A stretch of 64,000 nt of DNA. Origin: Candidatus Latescibacterota bacterium (GTDB lineage Bacteria; Latescibacterota; UBA2968; GCA-2709665). Below the pieces are notes generated by a model. It was given only the letters and a program-made list of their open reading frames with translations, was not told where the DNA came from and ran no database searches. The DNA is taken from contig OZ242180.1 of the NCBI GenBank assembly GCA_965205485.1, positions 2,176,001 through 2,240,000 on the forward strand, given 5' to 3'. Both the position numbers and the translations under genes were made by a program. Position 1 is the stretch's first letter; each line of letters opens with the position of its first letter. Below, piece by piece: positions 1-9,361 of the stretch.

Positions 1-519
1 GCTCTTGCATATATTCTGTGCCGACGTCACTGCGCCCGTAACCATATGCACGTCGGCCTCGAGACGCACTCCCGACATTCCAATCGGATTCTTGACACCG
101 GGCTGGTCGTCCACCACGAACGATTGGGGCAGAACGTGGATGATTTCCCGGTCCATGGGTATCGAAACCGCCTTGGCGGTCTCAATGACACGCGCCTCAT
201 CCTGAGCGGTGATCTCGTTGTCATTTCCGGACACGGCGATCACGCCCCGGCAATTGAGGCTGCGAATGTGATCGCCGGCGATCCCGGCGTAGACTGCGCC
301 GATGCGTACATCCGAGGCCTGTTCCGCTTCTTCGACGGCGCACTGGATGGACTGGACGGTCTGGGCGACATTGATCACGACACCACGTTTCAGCCCGTTG
401 GACGGGCTTGTGCCGATTCCCGTAATCTTGAGCTGATCGTCTTCCTCCACCTCGGCCACGACCACACAGATCTTGGTCGTTCCAATATCCATTCCAACGA
501 TCTGATCCCCTTTGGCCAT
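1..519 (-). CDS. ftsA: Cell division protein FtsA (5' part; runs off window start)
   Basis: Manual translation from ATG at 519: MAKGDQIVGMDIGTTKICVVVAEV...GLKRGVVINVAQTVQSI...VYAGIAGDHIRSLN; FtsA DIGTTK motif; directly follows ftsQ. Confidence 0.95.
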   Translation of the reverse strand, partial: MAKGDQIVGMDIGTTKICVVVAEVEEDDQLKITGIGTSPSNGLKRGVVINVAQTVQSIQCAVEEAEQASDVRIGAVYAGIAGDHIRSLNCRGVIAVSGNDNEITAQDEARVIETAKAVSIPMDREIIHVLPQSFVVDDQPGVKNPIGMSGVRLEADVHMVTGAVTSAQNICKS

Positions 520-583
520 CCGCTCTTCCTTTCCCGCTTCTGCACGACAAGTGCCCGATTCCGGTTCTCGAAACCCCTGAGAT

Positions 584-1378
584 TTACCCTCTACCCACAA
601 TGACCTGGTTCGAAAACCGGAGATCCACGTAGGCCGGTGTCTGATTCCTGTGGGCCCCCGCCTTCACAAACGCATCAAAACGACGGACCTGTCCAGCCGC
701 ATCTTCAAGTCGCATCAGCAGCGTCAGCCCATCGCCCACCAGAATGACCCGGGCCTCAGTAGCGGACACCAGGTGGACTTCGGAGACCTCTTCCAGGAAT
801 GCCGGTGTGTTTGACCGAAGCTCGTCGAGGAATGCAACAAGGTTGGAAAACCGGTAAACCCCCGGTGTGTCCGCAACCGCTTCAATACCGGTCACGACCG
901 GCAGATCAAACGACGCCTGCCGCAGCGGAAAGAGTGCACCATCCTCGGCCAGCCCGCGCAGACCTTCCGGCATTGCGGCCAGCGCGAGCGGACGCCGCTC
1001 CCTCAGTTCGATGAGCAGCCCGCCGGGAGGCTGCCGCAACAACAGCGCATCCTTGATCGCAGGATCTGCCACCAGCCGTTGCGTTGCCGCCTTGAGATCG
1101 GCCGCAAACAGGTTGACGCCGACTTTCAGACCGGAAAGGGCCGCGACGTCGCTTTCCTTCAGAAGCCGGTTGCCCGTCACAGTAATGTGGTCCAGACGAA
1201 ACAGGTCGGATCCGGTGAGCGCCGAATATGCATTCTGAATCCCGAATATCAGCAATCCAACAAGCGCAAGAACGACAATCCAATGCAGGATGCGGACTGA
1301 CGACCCGGGTTCAGGTTCCACGTGAGTAATCCGCTCACGTTCCTGCGTCCGGGAATAGATCGGTCTATGACTGGACAT
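584..1378 (-). CDS. ftsQ: Cell division protein FtsQ/DivIB
   Basis: Single TM, POTRA-like (ITVTGNRLL...NLFAADL), C-terminal YVDLRF; ATG 1378 with GGAGG SD; between murB and ftsA. Confidence 0.9.
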   Translation of the reverse strand: MSSHRPIYSRTQERERITHVEPEPGSSVRILHWIVVLALVGLLIFGIQNAYSALTGSDLFRLDHITVTGNRLLKESDVAALSGLKVGVNLFAADLKAATQRLVADPAIKDALLLRQPPGGLLIELRERRPLALAAMPEGLRGLAEDGALFPLRQASFDLPVVTGIEAVADTPGVYRFSNLVAFLDELRSNTPAFLEEVSEVHLVSATEARVILVGDGLTLLMRLEDAAGQVRRFDAFVKAGAHRNQTPAYVDLRFSNQVIVGRG

Positions 1379-1473
1379 GTGACCTCCGTCGTTTCTGTTG
1401 ATTCGGGCAATCCCGTACCGCAACCGATGCCACGCACGGGAACCCATCGCAAGGACGCGTTGCGGCACCCCGC

Positions 1474-2412
1474 TCAGGGGTTCTCGATTCCACGCTCTCC
1501 GACAACGCGAACTTCCATGTTCAATTCAATGCCAAAGGCCTGCTGTACCCGCTCCTGGACCATTTGTGCCAGCAAGAGCACATCCGCCGCGGTGCCACCA
1601 CCCCGATTCACGATAAAATTCGCATGGACATCAGATACCTCGACATCGCCCACGGACAGCCCCTTGCATCCGGCTCTGTCAATGAGCAGCCCGGCCGAAG
1701 CGCCGGGAGGGTTCTTGAAGATGCAGCCGGCGTTACGCTCCCAAAGCGGCTGCGAACTTCTTCGCTGGGCCAGCATTTCGTCCATGCGCGCCTGGACCGC
1801 CGCGGGATCGTCATCCTCCAGAAGAAACCCCGCCTCCACGATCAGGAATCCGGGGGGAAGGTCCGTTCGACGGTACGAAAACGATATTGACTCTCTCCTC
1901 AGTTCCAGTGCATCTCCGGATTGGAGGTTCAGGCCTCTCAGCCACGCCGTCCGCTCCATGATCTGCCCCCCCCACGCCCCGGCGTTGCCCCATATCGCGC
2001 CCCCCACGGTACCCGGAATGCCACATCCGAACTCCATTCCGGTTCGCCCGGAACGCTGACAGCGTCTGGAAAATACCTGTAGGCTTGCGCCCGCCTGTGC
2101 AGTGCCCTGATCCGATTCAATCGCCATTCGAGAGAGCCCGCCAGTCAAGCAGATGACCAGCCCTCTGAAACCGGAGTCGTTTACCAGCATGTTCGTTCCG
2201 CCGCCCAGAGGCAATACCTTCAGTTCGGATTCCAGAACGAGCGGCACCGCGGCAATCAGATCATCCATGTCCGCGGGCCGGAAAAACAGGTCTGCGGCGC
2301 CACCCATGCCAAAATGGGTATGCTTCTTCAAGGGTTCATCAACCAGAAGTTCGCCCCGGCAGCGTGCCCGGATTTCACGGGCGAGCAAATTCCGCTTTGA
2401 AGCATCAGGCAT
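1474..2412 (-). CDS. murB: UDP-N-acetylenolpyruvoylglucosamine reductase
   Basis: LGGGTN, GIPGTVGGA, NAGAWG, NAGCIFKNP, HANFIVN motifs; start placed at ATG overlapping murC end. Confidence 0.95.
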   Translation of the reverse strand: MPDASKRNLLAREIRARCRGELLVDEPLKKHTHFGMGGAADLFFRPADMDDLIAAVPLVLESELKVLPLGGGTNMLVNDSGFRGLVICLTGGLSRMAIESDQGTAQAGASLQVFSRRCQRSGRTGMEFGCGIPGTVGGAIWGNAGAWGGQIMERTAWLRGLNLQSGDALELRRESISFSYRRTDLPPGFLIVEAGFLLEDDDPAAVQARMDEMLAQRRSSQPLWERNAGCIFKNPPGASAGLLIDRAGCKGLSVGDVEVSDVHANFIVNRGGGTAADVLLLAQMVQERVQQAFGIELNMEVRVVGERGIENP

Positions 2413-3817
2413 CGGCCCGTGGCGCTCCCCCGGCCAACCGGTCAATGAGCCCGTATGCAATCTGCTCCACGTCACCGGCGCCCATCACCAATACGAGGTC
2501 TCCAGGCGCAAGGGATTTCGACAGGAGACGTTCGAGATCATGCAGGGCCGGAATGTAGAACACTTCGGTACAGCCGGCAGCCCGCACCTGACGCGCCACG
2601 GTCTCACCGGACACGCCGGGAATCGCGTCCTCCCGGGCGGCATAGACGTCGGCTACCCAGACCTGGTCGGCTTCACTCAACGCCCGCCCGAAATCAGCCG
2701 CGAAATCTCTGGTTCTCGAGTACAGGTGCGGCTGGAAAACGGCTAACAAACGGCCCGAGCATGCCGGCCGGATCGTCTCAAGGGCGGCGCGAACCTCGGT
2801 TGGATGATGGGCGTAGTCGTTTACGACACGCACGCCACCGGGACCGCCGAGCACTTCCAGACGTCGTCTCACGCCACGGAAGTTCTCCAACCCTGCCCGT
2901 ATTTCCTTCCAGGGCAGTTGCAGGGCCAGGCCCACGCCAACGGCCGCCAGCGCATTGCTCACATTGTGACGGCCGGGAACCCGGAGGACAATATCGCCGA
3001 GCGGCTTTTTTCGGTCGACCGCCCTGAACCGACTTTCGAGACCGGTCTGAAGCACGGCTTGCGCAGAGATCCTTGTTTCGCCCTCAAACCCATATGTGAA
3101 GACCTTGAGATGCCCCGCGTTCAATCGCCGCACGAACGGTCCATCCCAGGCCATCACCGCGCTTCGGCTGGTCTGATCCAGAAACTGCTGAAACGCCCGG
3201 AAGAGACCCTCCATATTCCCGTAAGTATCGAGATGATCCTCCTCGAGTGACGTCACGACTGCGACCTCGGGACGCAACGTCAGGAAGGAGCGGTCGAATT
3301 CATCGGCCTCGACGGCCCACAGCGACCGTGAGCCGGGACGCAGGTTTCTTTCAGGGCCGCGGACGATTCCGCCCACCAGCACCGTGGGGTCCAGACCCGC
3401 CGCCTCGAGAACCGCGCCCACCATCGCCGTCGCCGTTGTCTTCCCGTGTGTTCCGGTTATGCCCACAACCCGGCGTCCAGCTGTCAATTGCCCGAGGAGA
3501 CTTGCCCTCTTGACCGTGGGAATCCCTTTCGATCGGGCCTCTTGAAGCTCTCTGTTTTCCGGACCCGCAGCAGGCGTGTATACCACCAGGTCTGCGTTTT
3601 CAACGGCCTCCGGCGTATGTCCAATTTGAACCGGAATCCCCAGCATTCCCAACCGGTCCGTCAGCGCGGAGACTTCGCGGTCGGATCCGGTGACAATGCA
3701 TTCCTGGTGAAAAAGCAGTTCCGCAACCGCGCTCATGCCCACGCCGCCGATGCCCACAAAGTGAACCCTGCAGCCCTGTTTCCGATTCAAAATGCGGGAC
3801 AGATCACTATCGCTCAC
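2405..3817 (-). CDS. murC: UDP-N-acetylmuramate--L-alanine ligase
   Basis: HFVGIGGVGMS, GTHGKTT, EADEFDRSF, DYAHHPTE, FQPHLYSRT; start approximate (GTG 3817). Confidence 0.95.
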   Translation of the reverse strand: MSDSDLSRILNRKQGCRVHFVGIGGVGMSAVAELLFHQECIVTGSDREVSALTDRLGMLGIPVQIGHTPEAVENADLVVYTPAAGPENRELQEARSKGIPTVKRASLLGQLTAGRRVVGITGTHGKTTATAMVGAVLEAAGLDPTVLVGGIVRGPERNLRPGSRSLWAVEADEFDRSFLTLRPEVAVVTSLEEDHLDTYGNMEGLFRAFQQFLDQTSRSAVMAWDGPFVRRLNAGHLKVFTYGFEGETRISAQAVLQTGLESRFRAVDRKKPLGDIVLRVPGRHNVSNALAAVGVGLALQLPWKEIRAGLENFRGVRRRLEVLGGPGGVRVVNDYAHHPTEVRAALETIRPACSGRLLAVFQPHLYSRTRDFAADFGRALSEADQVWVADVYAAREDAIPGVSGETVARQVRAAGCTEVFYIPALHDLERLLSKSLAPGDLVLVMGAGDVEQIAYGLIDRLAGGAPRADA

Positions 3818-4913
3818 CGCGCAGCAGTCCACGATGCGCCATGCCCTCCACCATCCGTGCGGCCGCGTCGGGAACCGCCAGTGCGCGGCTGCGGCGGGCC
3901 ATATCCGAAAGAAGCCCGGTCGTATCGATCATCCCGGACACTTCCTGTACGAGTCTTTCCCCGCTGAGTCCTGATTCATGCACCATACGCGCGGCTCCGG
4001 CGCGAACCATCATCTTTGCATTGTGTACCTGATGGTTCTCTGCCGCCAGCGGCAATGGCACCATCAATGCGGGAACACCCAGTTGCGTCATTTCCGTTAT
4101 CGTTATCGCGCCTGCCCGGGTCAACGCGAGGTCTGCCGCGCTGTAAGCCACCGCCATATCGTCGATGAATTCCCTGACGACCACGCGGCCGCCGCAGCGG
4201 CGGGCGGCAGATGCCGCAGCGTGATATCCCACCCTGCCTGTCTGCCACAGAATCTGATATCCGCGATCCGTGAGCAGGGTCAGCGCCTCCGCCACGGCGC
4301 GGTTGATTCCCATTGAACCCTGGCTGGCTCCGGTGACGAACAGCGTGACCCGATCCACGTCCAGACCCAATCGCCGGCGAGCCTCCTTCCTGTCCACACG
4401 CCGCCAGCCATCCCTGATCGGGTTGCCTACGACATGCTTCTCACGCCCGCCCACGCGGCGTCTCGCCCCTTCAAATGCCAGGTATACCTGCCGGGCCGCG
4501 CGGGACAACAGGCGGACGGTGAGCCCGGGGTAGTTGTTCTGCTCATGCAGGACCAGTGGAATACCAAGCACCCGGGCGGCAACCCCCACCGGGCCGCTGA
4601 CGTGGCCGCCGGTGCAGATTACGGTATGGGGACCATACGCAACAAGAATGCGGAACGCGGAACAGATGCCCTTGAGAAGCGACCATGGAAACTGCAACAG
4701 ATCCAGATGCAAGCGACGTTTAAGGCCAATAACCTGTACCGTCTCCAGGACATAACCGGCATGCGGAACCAGCCTGGCCTCAACACCTCGCGCAACACCG
4801 ACGAACCTGATTATCGTATCCGGATGACTCTTGCGAACGGCGGCCGCTACGCCCAGCGCGGGCACCGTGTGGCCGCCGGTCAGCGTAACGGCAAACAACA
4901 GGCGTAGTGGCAT
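3807..4913 (-). CDS. murG: Lipid II GlcNAc transferase MurG
   Basis: C-terminal part of ORF 3807..5771; TGGH, HEQN..PG, GNP, GASQG, RAGA motifs; ATG overlaps ftsW stop (TGATG). Confidence 0.93.
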   Translation of the reverse strand: MPLRLLFAVTLTGGHTVPALGVAAAVRKSHPDTIIRFVGVARGVEARLVPHAGYVLETVQVIGLKRRLHLDLLQFPWSLLKGICSAFRILVAYGPHTVICTGGHVSGPVGVAARVLGIPLVLHEQNNYPGLTVRLLSRAARQVYLAFEGARRRVGGREKHVVGNPIRDGWRRVDRKEARRRLGLDVDRVTLFVTGASQGSMGINRAVAEALTLLTDRGYQILWQTGRVGYHAAASAARRCGGRVVVREFIDDMAVAYSAADLALTRAGAITITEMTQLGVPALMVPLPLAAENHQVHNAKMMVRAGAARMVHESGLSGERLVQEVSGMIDTTGLLSDMARRSRALAVPDAAARMVEGMAHRGLLRGER

Positions 4914-6088
4914 CAGAACCTGCGATTTCCCGTCCGGGACATTCTGACCACACCGGTCCGATGGGGAAGCGCTCCAGGGTCGGCCGATCCGCGCCTCCCG
5001 ATGTTGATCAGAATACCAACGGCAAGCAGTGTGAACAGAAGCGACGTTCCACCGTAGCTGATAAACGGCAGGGGAAGCCCGGTGGCCGGTATCAATCCCG
5101 TGCAGACCCCCATGTTTACAAACGCGTAGACCAGAATCATGAACGTAATGCCGGACGCCAGGAAGAATCCGTGCAGGTCCGGCGCGCGACGGGCGATCTG
5201 AAAGCCACATCGCCCGAAAACAATGAAACCGAGCACCACGCCGGCTGTGCCGACCAATCCCAACTCCTCGCCAACGATGCTGAACACGAAGTCGGTATGC
5301 GGTTCCGGCAGAAAGAAATATTTCTGAAGGCTCTGACCCAGACCCACCCCGGACCATCCTCCGCTGCCCAGGGCCAGAAGTGACTGCATCACATGATATC
5401 CCGCGCCCTGGACGTCGTCCGTGGGACTGAAGAACGCCATCATCCGTTCTCTTCGATATCCAAGGACGAATACAACGACAAATAATACGGGCAGAAGGAC
5501 CAACCCCGTACCGGCCAGGTGCTTGACTCGTACGCCGGCCAGATACAGCATCAGCGTGCAGGTCAATCCGATCGCCAGCGCCGTTCCGAGATCTGGTTGT
5601 AACATCACCATTCCCATCGCCACGCCGATTATGGCAATATGCGGGAGGTAACCCTGAACCAGGTCCTTTACCAGTCCCTGGCGCCTGCTCAGGGATTCCG
5701 CGAGATAGACCACGAGCGCGAGCCGCATCAGATCCGACGGCTGAAAGGCGCCGCCCGGCAAAGGTATCCATCTATATGCGCCGCGCACTTTGCCGAAGCC
5801 GGCGATTTTGAAAACCAGGACAACCGCCAATCCCAGAAATCCGATGGCCAGAAAGATCCGGGCGAAACGTGCCCAGAAGCGGTAGTCAACCCGCATAATC
5901 AAAAGCATCGCAACGAGTCCGATCACCGTACGCAACGCCGACCGCTTCAGGAAGAAGTGGTCGCTCTCGAAACGCACCTGACCCAATGCCGTGCTGGCGC
6001 TATATACCATTACCAGGCCGAAACCCACCAGCCCGACGACCAGCAACATCAGCAAATAGTGCTGCCGTTCTGCACCTGAGGTCGACAT
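4913..6088 (-). CDS. ftsW: SEDS peptidoglycan glycosyltransferase FtsW
   Basis: Multi-TM; VMVYSAS, GAYRWI, QPDLGTA, LPEPHTDFVF, GEELG, LPFISYGGTS. Confidence 0.95.
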   Translation of the reverse strand: MSTSGAERQHYLLMLLVVGLVGFGLVMVYSASTALGQVRFESDHFFLKRSALRTVIGLVAMLLIMRVDYRFWARFARIFLAIGFLGLAVVLVFKIAGFGKVRGAYRWIPLPGGAFQPSDLMRLALVVYLAESLSRRQGLVKDLVQGYLPHIAIIGVAMGMVMLQPDLGTALAIGLTCTLMLYLAGVRVKHLAGTGLVLLPVLFVVVFVLGYRRERMMAFFSPTDDVQGAGYHVMQSLLALGSGGWSGVGLGQSLQKYFFLPEPHTDFVFSIVGEELGLVGTAGVVLGFIVFGRCGFQIARRAPDLHGFFLASGITFMILVYAFVNMGVCTGLIPATGLPLPFISYGGTSLLFTLLAVGILINIGRRGSADPGALPHRTGVVRMSRTGNRRF

Positions 6089-6267
6089 ATGACCTTACAT
6101 TCTATTGGAAATGAATCCCGAAACGAGTTACCGGGAACGGGTGACAGAAACCGTGACTTTGTGTTGCGAACGGAATGACGATCACCGATGCCGGAGTCGA
6201 TGCCTTGCCGGCCTGCTCATTCTGCTTGGGTTGTTCTTGTCGAAAAGACTTGTCGAAGTGTCCTGGT

Positions 6268-7677
6268 TCATGGATTCATTTCAAATCCCAGTGATTCCGC
6301 GGCTTTTTCCATCGCAACGCCGCGAGAGGCCTTCATCAGTACAAGGTCGCCCGGTTTGAGAAATGTATTGAGATTCCTGACCATGGACTCGCGGTCGACG
6401 AATGCCCGCGACCGGTCGGAGGGCAGACCTCCGGAAACACCCCCTCGCGCCACATGACCGGACATGTCACCGAGCGCAAAAACGGCGTCCATCCCCATTC
6501 TGGCAGCAAGTTTTCCAAGGCGCCGGTGGCTCCGAACTGCCGACGGTCCCAGTTCCAGCATATCGCCCAGCACGGCCACGCGGCGACCGCCTTCCTCGAT
6601 GGACATCCTCGACAACGTTTCCAGGGCCGCCCGCATCGAGGCCGGATTGGCATTGTACGAATCGTTCAACAGACGGATTCCGTTCCGTTCGACGACCTGG
6701 CCGCGCAATTTCGAAGGCCGAAACGCGCCAATCGCTTCAGCGGCCCGCCCAATCGGCACATCCAGCGCCGCGCCCACCGCCGCTGCGGCAAGTGCGTTGT
6801 ACACCTGATGCCGGCCGGGTACGGCCAGATGAAAAAAACGGCCCTGCAGAGAGAAATGACCGCAGCCCTCCTGGTCTATGACAAGTCCCTCCCCACGAAA
6901 CTGACATATCTTCTCGATACCAAAGCCCAGGAGTCTCCCCTTTAGTCTTGCTCGCTCCTTGGACACGTACAGGTCATCGAGATTCAAGATAGCCATTGAA
7001 GACTCTTCAAGATGATCCAGGAGTTCCCCTTTGGCTTTGGCCACCCCCTCTACAGAGCCTAAAAACTCCAGATGTGCAGGTCCGATATTGGTAATGACGC
7101 CGATCGTGGGATCGGCAATCTCACACAGGTATTTCAAACCGCCGTGTTCGCTGATGCCCATTTCGATCACCGCGGCTTCGTGGGTGTTTGAAAGCCGCAG
7201 CAGGGTCAGCGGAACCCCGAGCCAGTTATTCAGATTGCCTTCCGTAGCCAGTAACCGGTACCGTGTGCTCAGCACGGCGGCAGTCATGTCCTTGGTTGTC
7301 GTCTTTCCACTGCTTCCCGTTATGCCCACCACCGGGATCCGGAAACGCCGGCGGTATGTTCTTCCGAGAGCACCCAGCGCCAGGCCCGGCGTCTCAACGA
7401 CGATCAGCGCTCCGGACACGCATTGGCGATTTCGGTTTTCGGACCAGCGCCTTGAAACGACAGCCGCCGATGCCCCTTTCTTGAGGGCATCGCCCACGAA
7501 AAGATGTCCATCCCGACTTTCGCCGTCGCGCTCTCCCTCGAGTGCGAAGAACAACTCCCCTGCAATCAACACCCGCGAATCGATGCATCCTCCAACAGGA
7601 CAGATCGCCGGATTGACGGCGCCAACGAGCTCTCCGTCCATTGCATCCGCGGCTTCAGCGAGTGTCATCCCTTCCAT
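6268..7677 (-). CDS. murF: UDP-MurNAc-tripeptide--D-Ala-D-Ala ligase
   Basis: GITGSSGKTTTK, NLNNWLGVP, EMG, DSYNANPASM, VLGDMLELG, KASRG. Confidence 0.96.
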   Translation of the reverse strand: MEGMTLAEAADAMDGELVGAVNPAICPVGGCIDSRVLIAGELFFALEGERDGESRDGHLFVGDALKKGASAAVVSRRWSENRNRQCVSGALIVVETPGLALGALGRTYRRRFRIPVVGITGSSGKTTTKDMTAAVLSTRYRLLATEGNLNNWLGVPLTLLRLSNTHEAAVIEMGISEHGGLKYLCEIADPTIGVITNIGPAHLEFLGSVEGVAKAKGELLDHLEESSMAILNLDDLYVSKERARLKGRLLGFGIEKICQFRGEGLVIDQEGCGHFSLQGRFFHLAVPGRHQVYNALAAAAVGAALDVPIGRAAEAIGAFRPSKLRGQVVERNGIRLLNDSYNANPASMRAALETLSRMSIEEGGRRVAVLGDMLELGPSAVRSHRRLGKLAARMGMDAVFALGDMSGHVARGGVSGGLPSDRSRAFVDRESMVRNLNTFLKPGDLVLMKASRGVAMEKAAESLGFEMNP

Positions 7678-7696
7678 ATTCGTCGTTCCGAGTTAA

Positions 7697-7858
7697 GAAG
7701 CTGTTTTAAAATTCCCAGCGGTCTTCGCACGGCTGCAAAAGCGCCGGTCGGCGTTGGTCAAGTCCACCCGTATAGACAAATATGGGCGGATTTTCCCGCC
7801 TTGACCGCCGCTTTTTCGCTCGCGCTCGGGAACTCACCGGTAATTTTAAAACCGCTTC
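7697..7858. mobile_element. Non-autonomous miniature inverted-repeat element (MITE), 162 bp
   Basis: 17-bp TIRs GAAGCTGTTTTAAAATT (7697-7713) and AATTTTAAAACCGCTTC (7842-7858), 1 mismatch; flanked by TAA direct repeats (7694-7696, 7859-7861); internal nested hairpins; no transposase. Confidence 0.8.
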
Positions 7859-7902
7859 TAAGGCCTCCGGACGTCTCGAACCGATTAACGCCTGGAAGCC
7901 GC

Positions 7903-9348
7903 CTATGACCGGCCGCTCAGGACGTCCCTTGCGACCTGCCGATCATCAAAGTGGATCTTTTTTCCACCGATATCCTGGTAATCTTCATGTCCCTTACCCG
8001 CAATGACGACGAGGTCGCCGCACGAAGCATTGTCGATGGCCAGTGAGATCGCCTTCCGCCGGTCGACTTCAACGAGGTGGTCCGCGCCGCCGACACCCGT
8101 AACGATGTCCCTGAGAATCGAGTCCGGGTCTTCGGTCCTGGGATTGTCGGACGTCACAACGGTCAGATCGGACATCCGCGCGGAAATCCGCCCCATCTGC
8201 GGCCGCTTTCCGCGGTCTCGGTCGCCACCGCATCCAAACACGCAGATCAATCGACCTTCCGTAAACTCGCGGGCCGCCCGCAGGACGTTTCCAAGAGCGT
8301 CGGGAGTATGCGCATAGTCCACAATCACACTGAAATCCTGTCCTGCATGAATGCTCTCGAAACGACCGGGCACCTGTACGTCCCTGATGGCAACCGCAAT
8401 CGTCTCCGCGTCTACATCCATTGCCAGCCCTGCGGCAACTGCGCCGACGGCGTTCATCTGATGGAACCGCCCCCGCAGCGCAAGGGCGAGGTGCAGGGGT
8501 CCCCAGCGCGTTTCAATATCCATGCGGGTCCTGCAACCGTCCGTTCCCGCGTTTACGATTCGTACATCGGCGTTCTGAGATCGACCGTAGGACACGACCC
8601 TGGCGACGCAGTTGCTCAACAGGCGGCCGGTCGCCTCGTCGTCCGCGTTGACCACCGCAAGCGCATCCGGATTCAGGTTGTCAAAGAGCAGCTTCTTGGC
8701 GGCCAGGTAGGATTCCAGCGAACCATGAAAGTCCAGATGGTCCCGGGAAAAATTCGTAAAAACCGCCGCATCGAACGCGATGCCCTGTACCCTGTCCAGC
8801 GCCAGCCCGTGCGACGTAACTTCCATGACCGCCGCGGTGCAGCCGCTGTCCGCCATCTCCTTCAATAGCCGCTGCAGGTCGTGTGCTTCAGGCGTTCCGA
8901 TGACCGAAGGCATCCGGCGGCCGCCCAGCCTGTATTCAACCGTACCGAGCAAACCGCAGTCTCCAACGGCTTCCCCAAGCGCCGCCTGGATCAGCATTGC
9001 CGTCGTGGTTTTCCCGTTCGTCCCGGTTACACCGACCATCCGCAGGTTTCGCGACGGCGACCCGTAGAAGAGTTCTGCGAATAAGCCCAGCGCCTTCCGG
9101 GTTGACGGTACCATGGCAGCGGCAACGTCTGCCCGGACCTGTTCTTCAACCACCAACGCCACGGCTCCCGCTGCGATCGCCTTCGGCACGAAGCGATGCC
9201 GGTCCTCAAGCTGTCCGCCCCTGATGGCGACGAACAGGTCGCCTGGTCGAACCTTGCGCGAATCGGTGGCCAGACCTGTAACCCGGGGATTGCCCCTGTG
9301 TAGCCACTTCGCTTCCGGAATCCGGCTAATGAAGTCGACCAGCCGCAT
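7903..9348 (-). CDS. murE: UDP-MurNAc-dipeptide--meso-DAP ligase
   Basis: GVTGTNGKTT, MEVTSHGL, RDHLDFH, VDYAHTPDAL, GCGGDRD, DNPR (DAP-type), AGKGHE. Confidence 0.96.
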   Translation of the reverse strand: MRLVDFISRIPEAKWLHRGNPRVTGLATDSRKVRPGDLFVAIRGGQLEDRHRFVPKAIAAGAVALVVEEQVRADVAAAMVPSTRKALGLFAELFYGSPSRNLRMVGVTGTNGKTTTAMLIQAALGEAVGDCGLLGTVEYRLGGRRMPSVIGTPEAHDLQRLLKEMADSGCTAAVMEVTSHGLALDRVQGIAFDAAVFTNFSRDHLDFHGSLESYLAAKKLLFDNLNPDALAVVNADDEATGRLLSNCVARVVSYGRSQNADVRIVNAGTDGCRTRMDIETRWGPLHLALALRGRFHQMNAVGAVAAGLAMDVDAETIAVAIRDVQVPGRFESIHAGQDFSVIVDYAHTPDALGNVLRAAREFTEGRLICVFGCGGDRDRGKRPQMGRISARMSDLTVVTSDNPRTEDPDSILRDIVTGVGGADHLVEVDRRKAISLAIDNASCGDLVVIAGKGHEDYQDIGGKKIHFDDRQVARDVLSGRS

Positions 9349-9361
9349 AACATGGCTTTTG

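Noticed and set aside
4914..5771. Apparent long N-terminal extension of MurG (654-aa ORF)
   Set aside because: Overlaps ftsW in another frame; MurG similarity starts at ATG 4913
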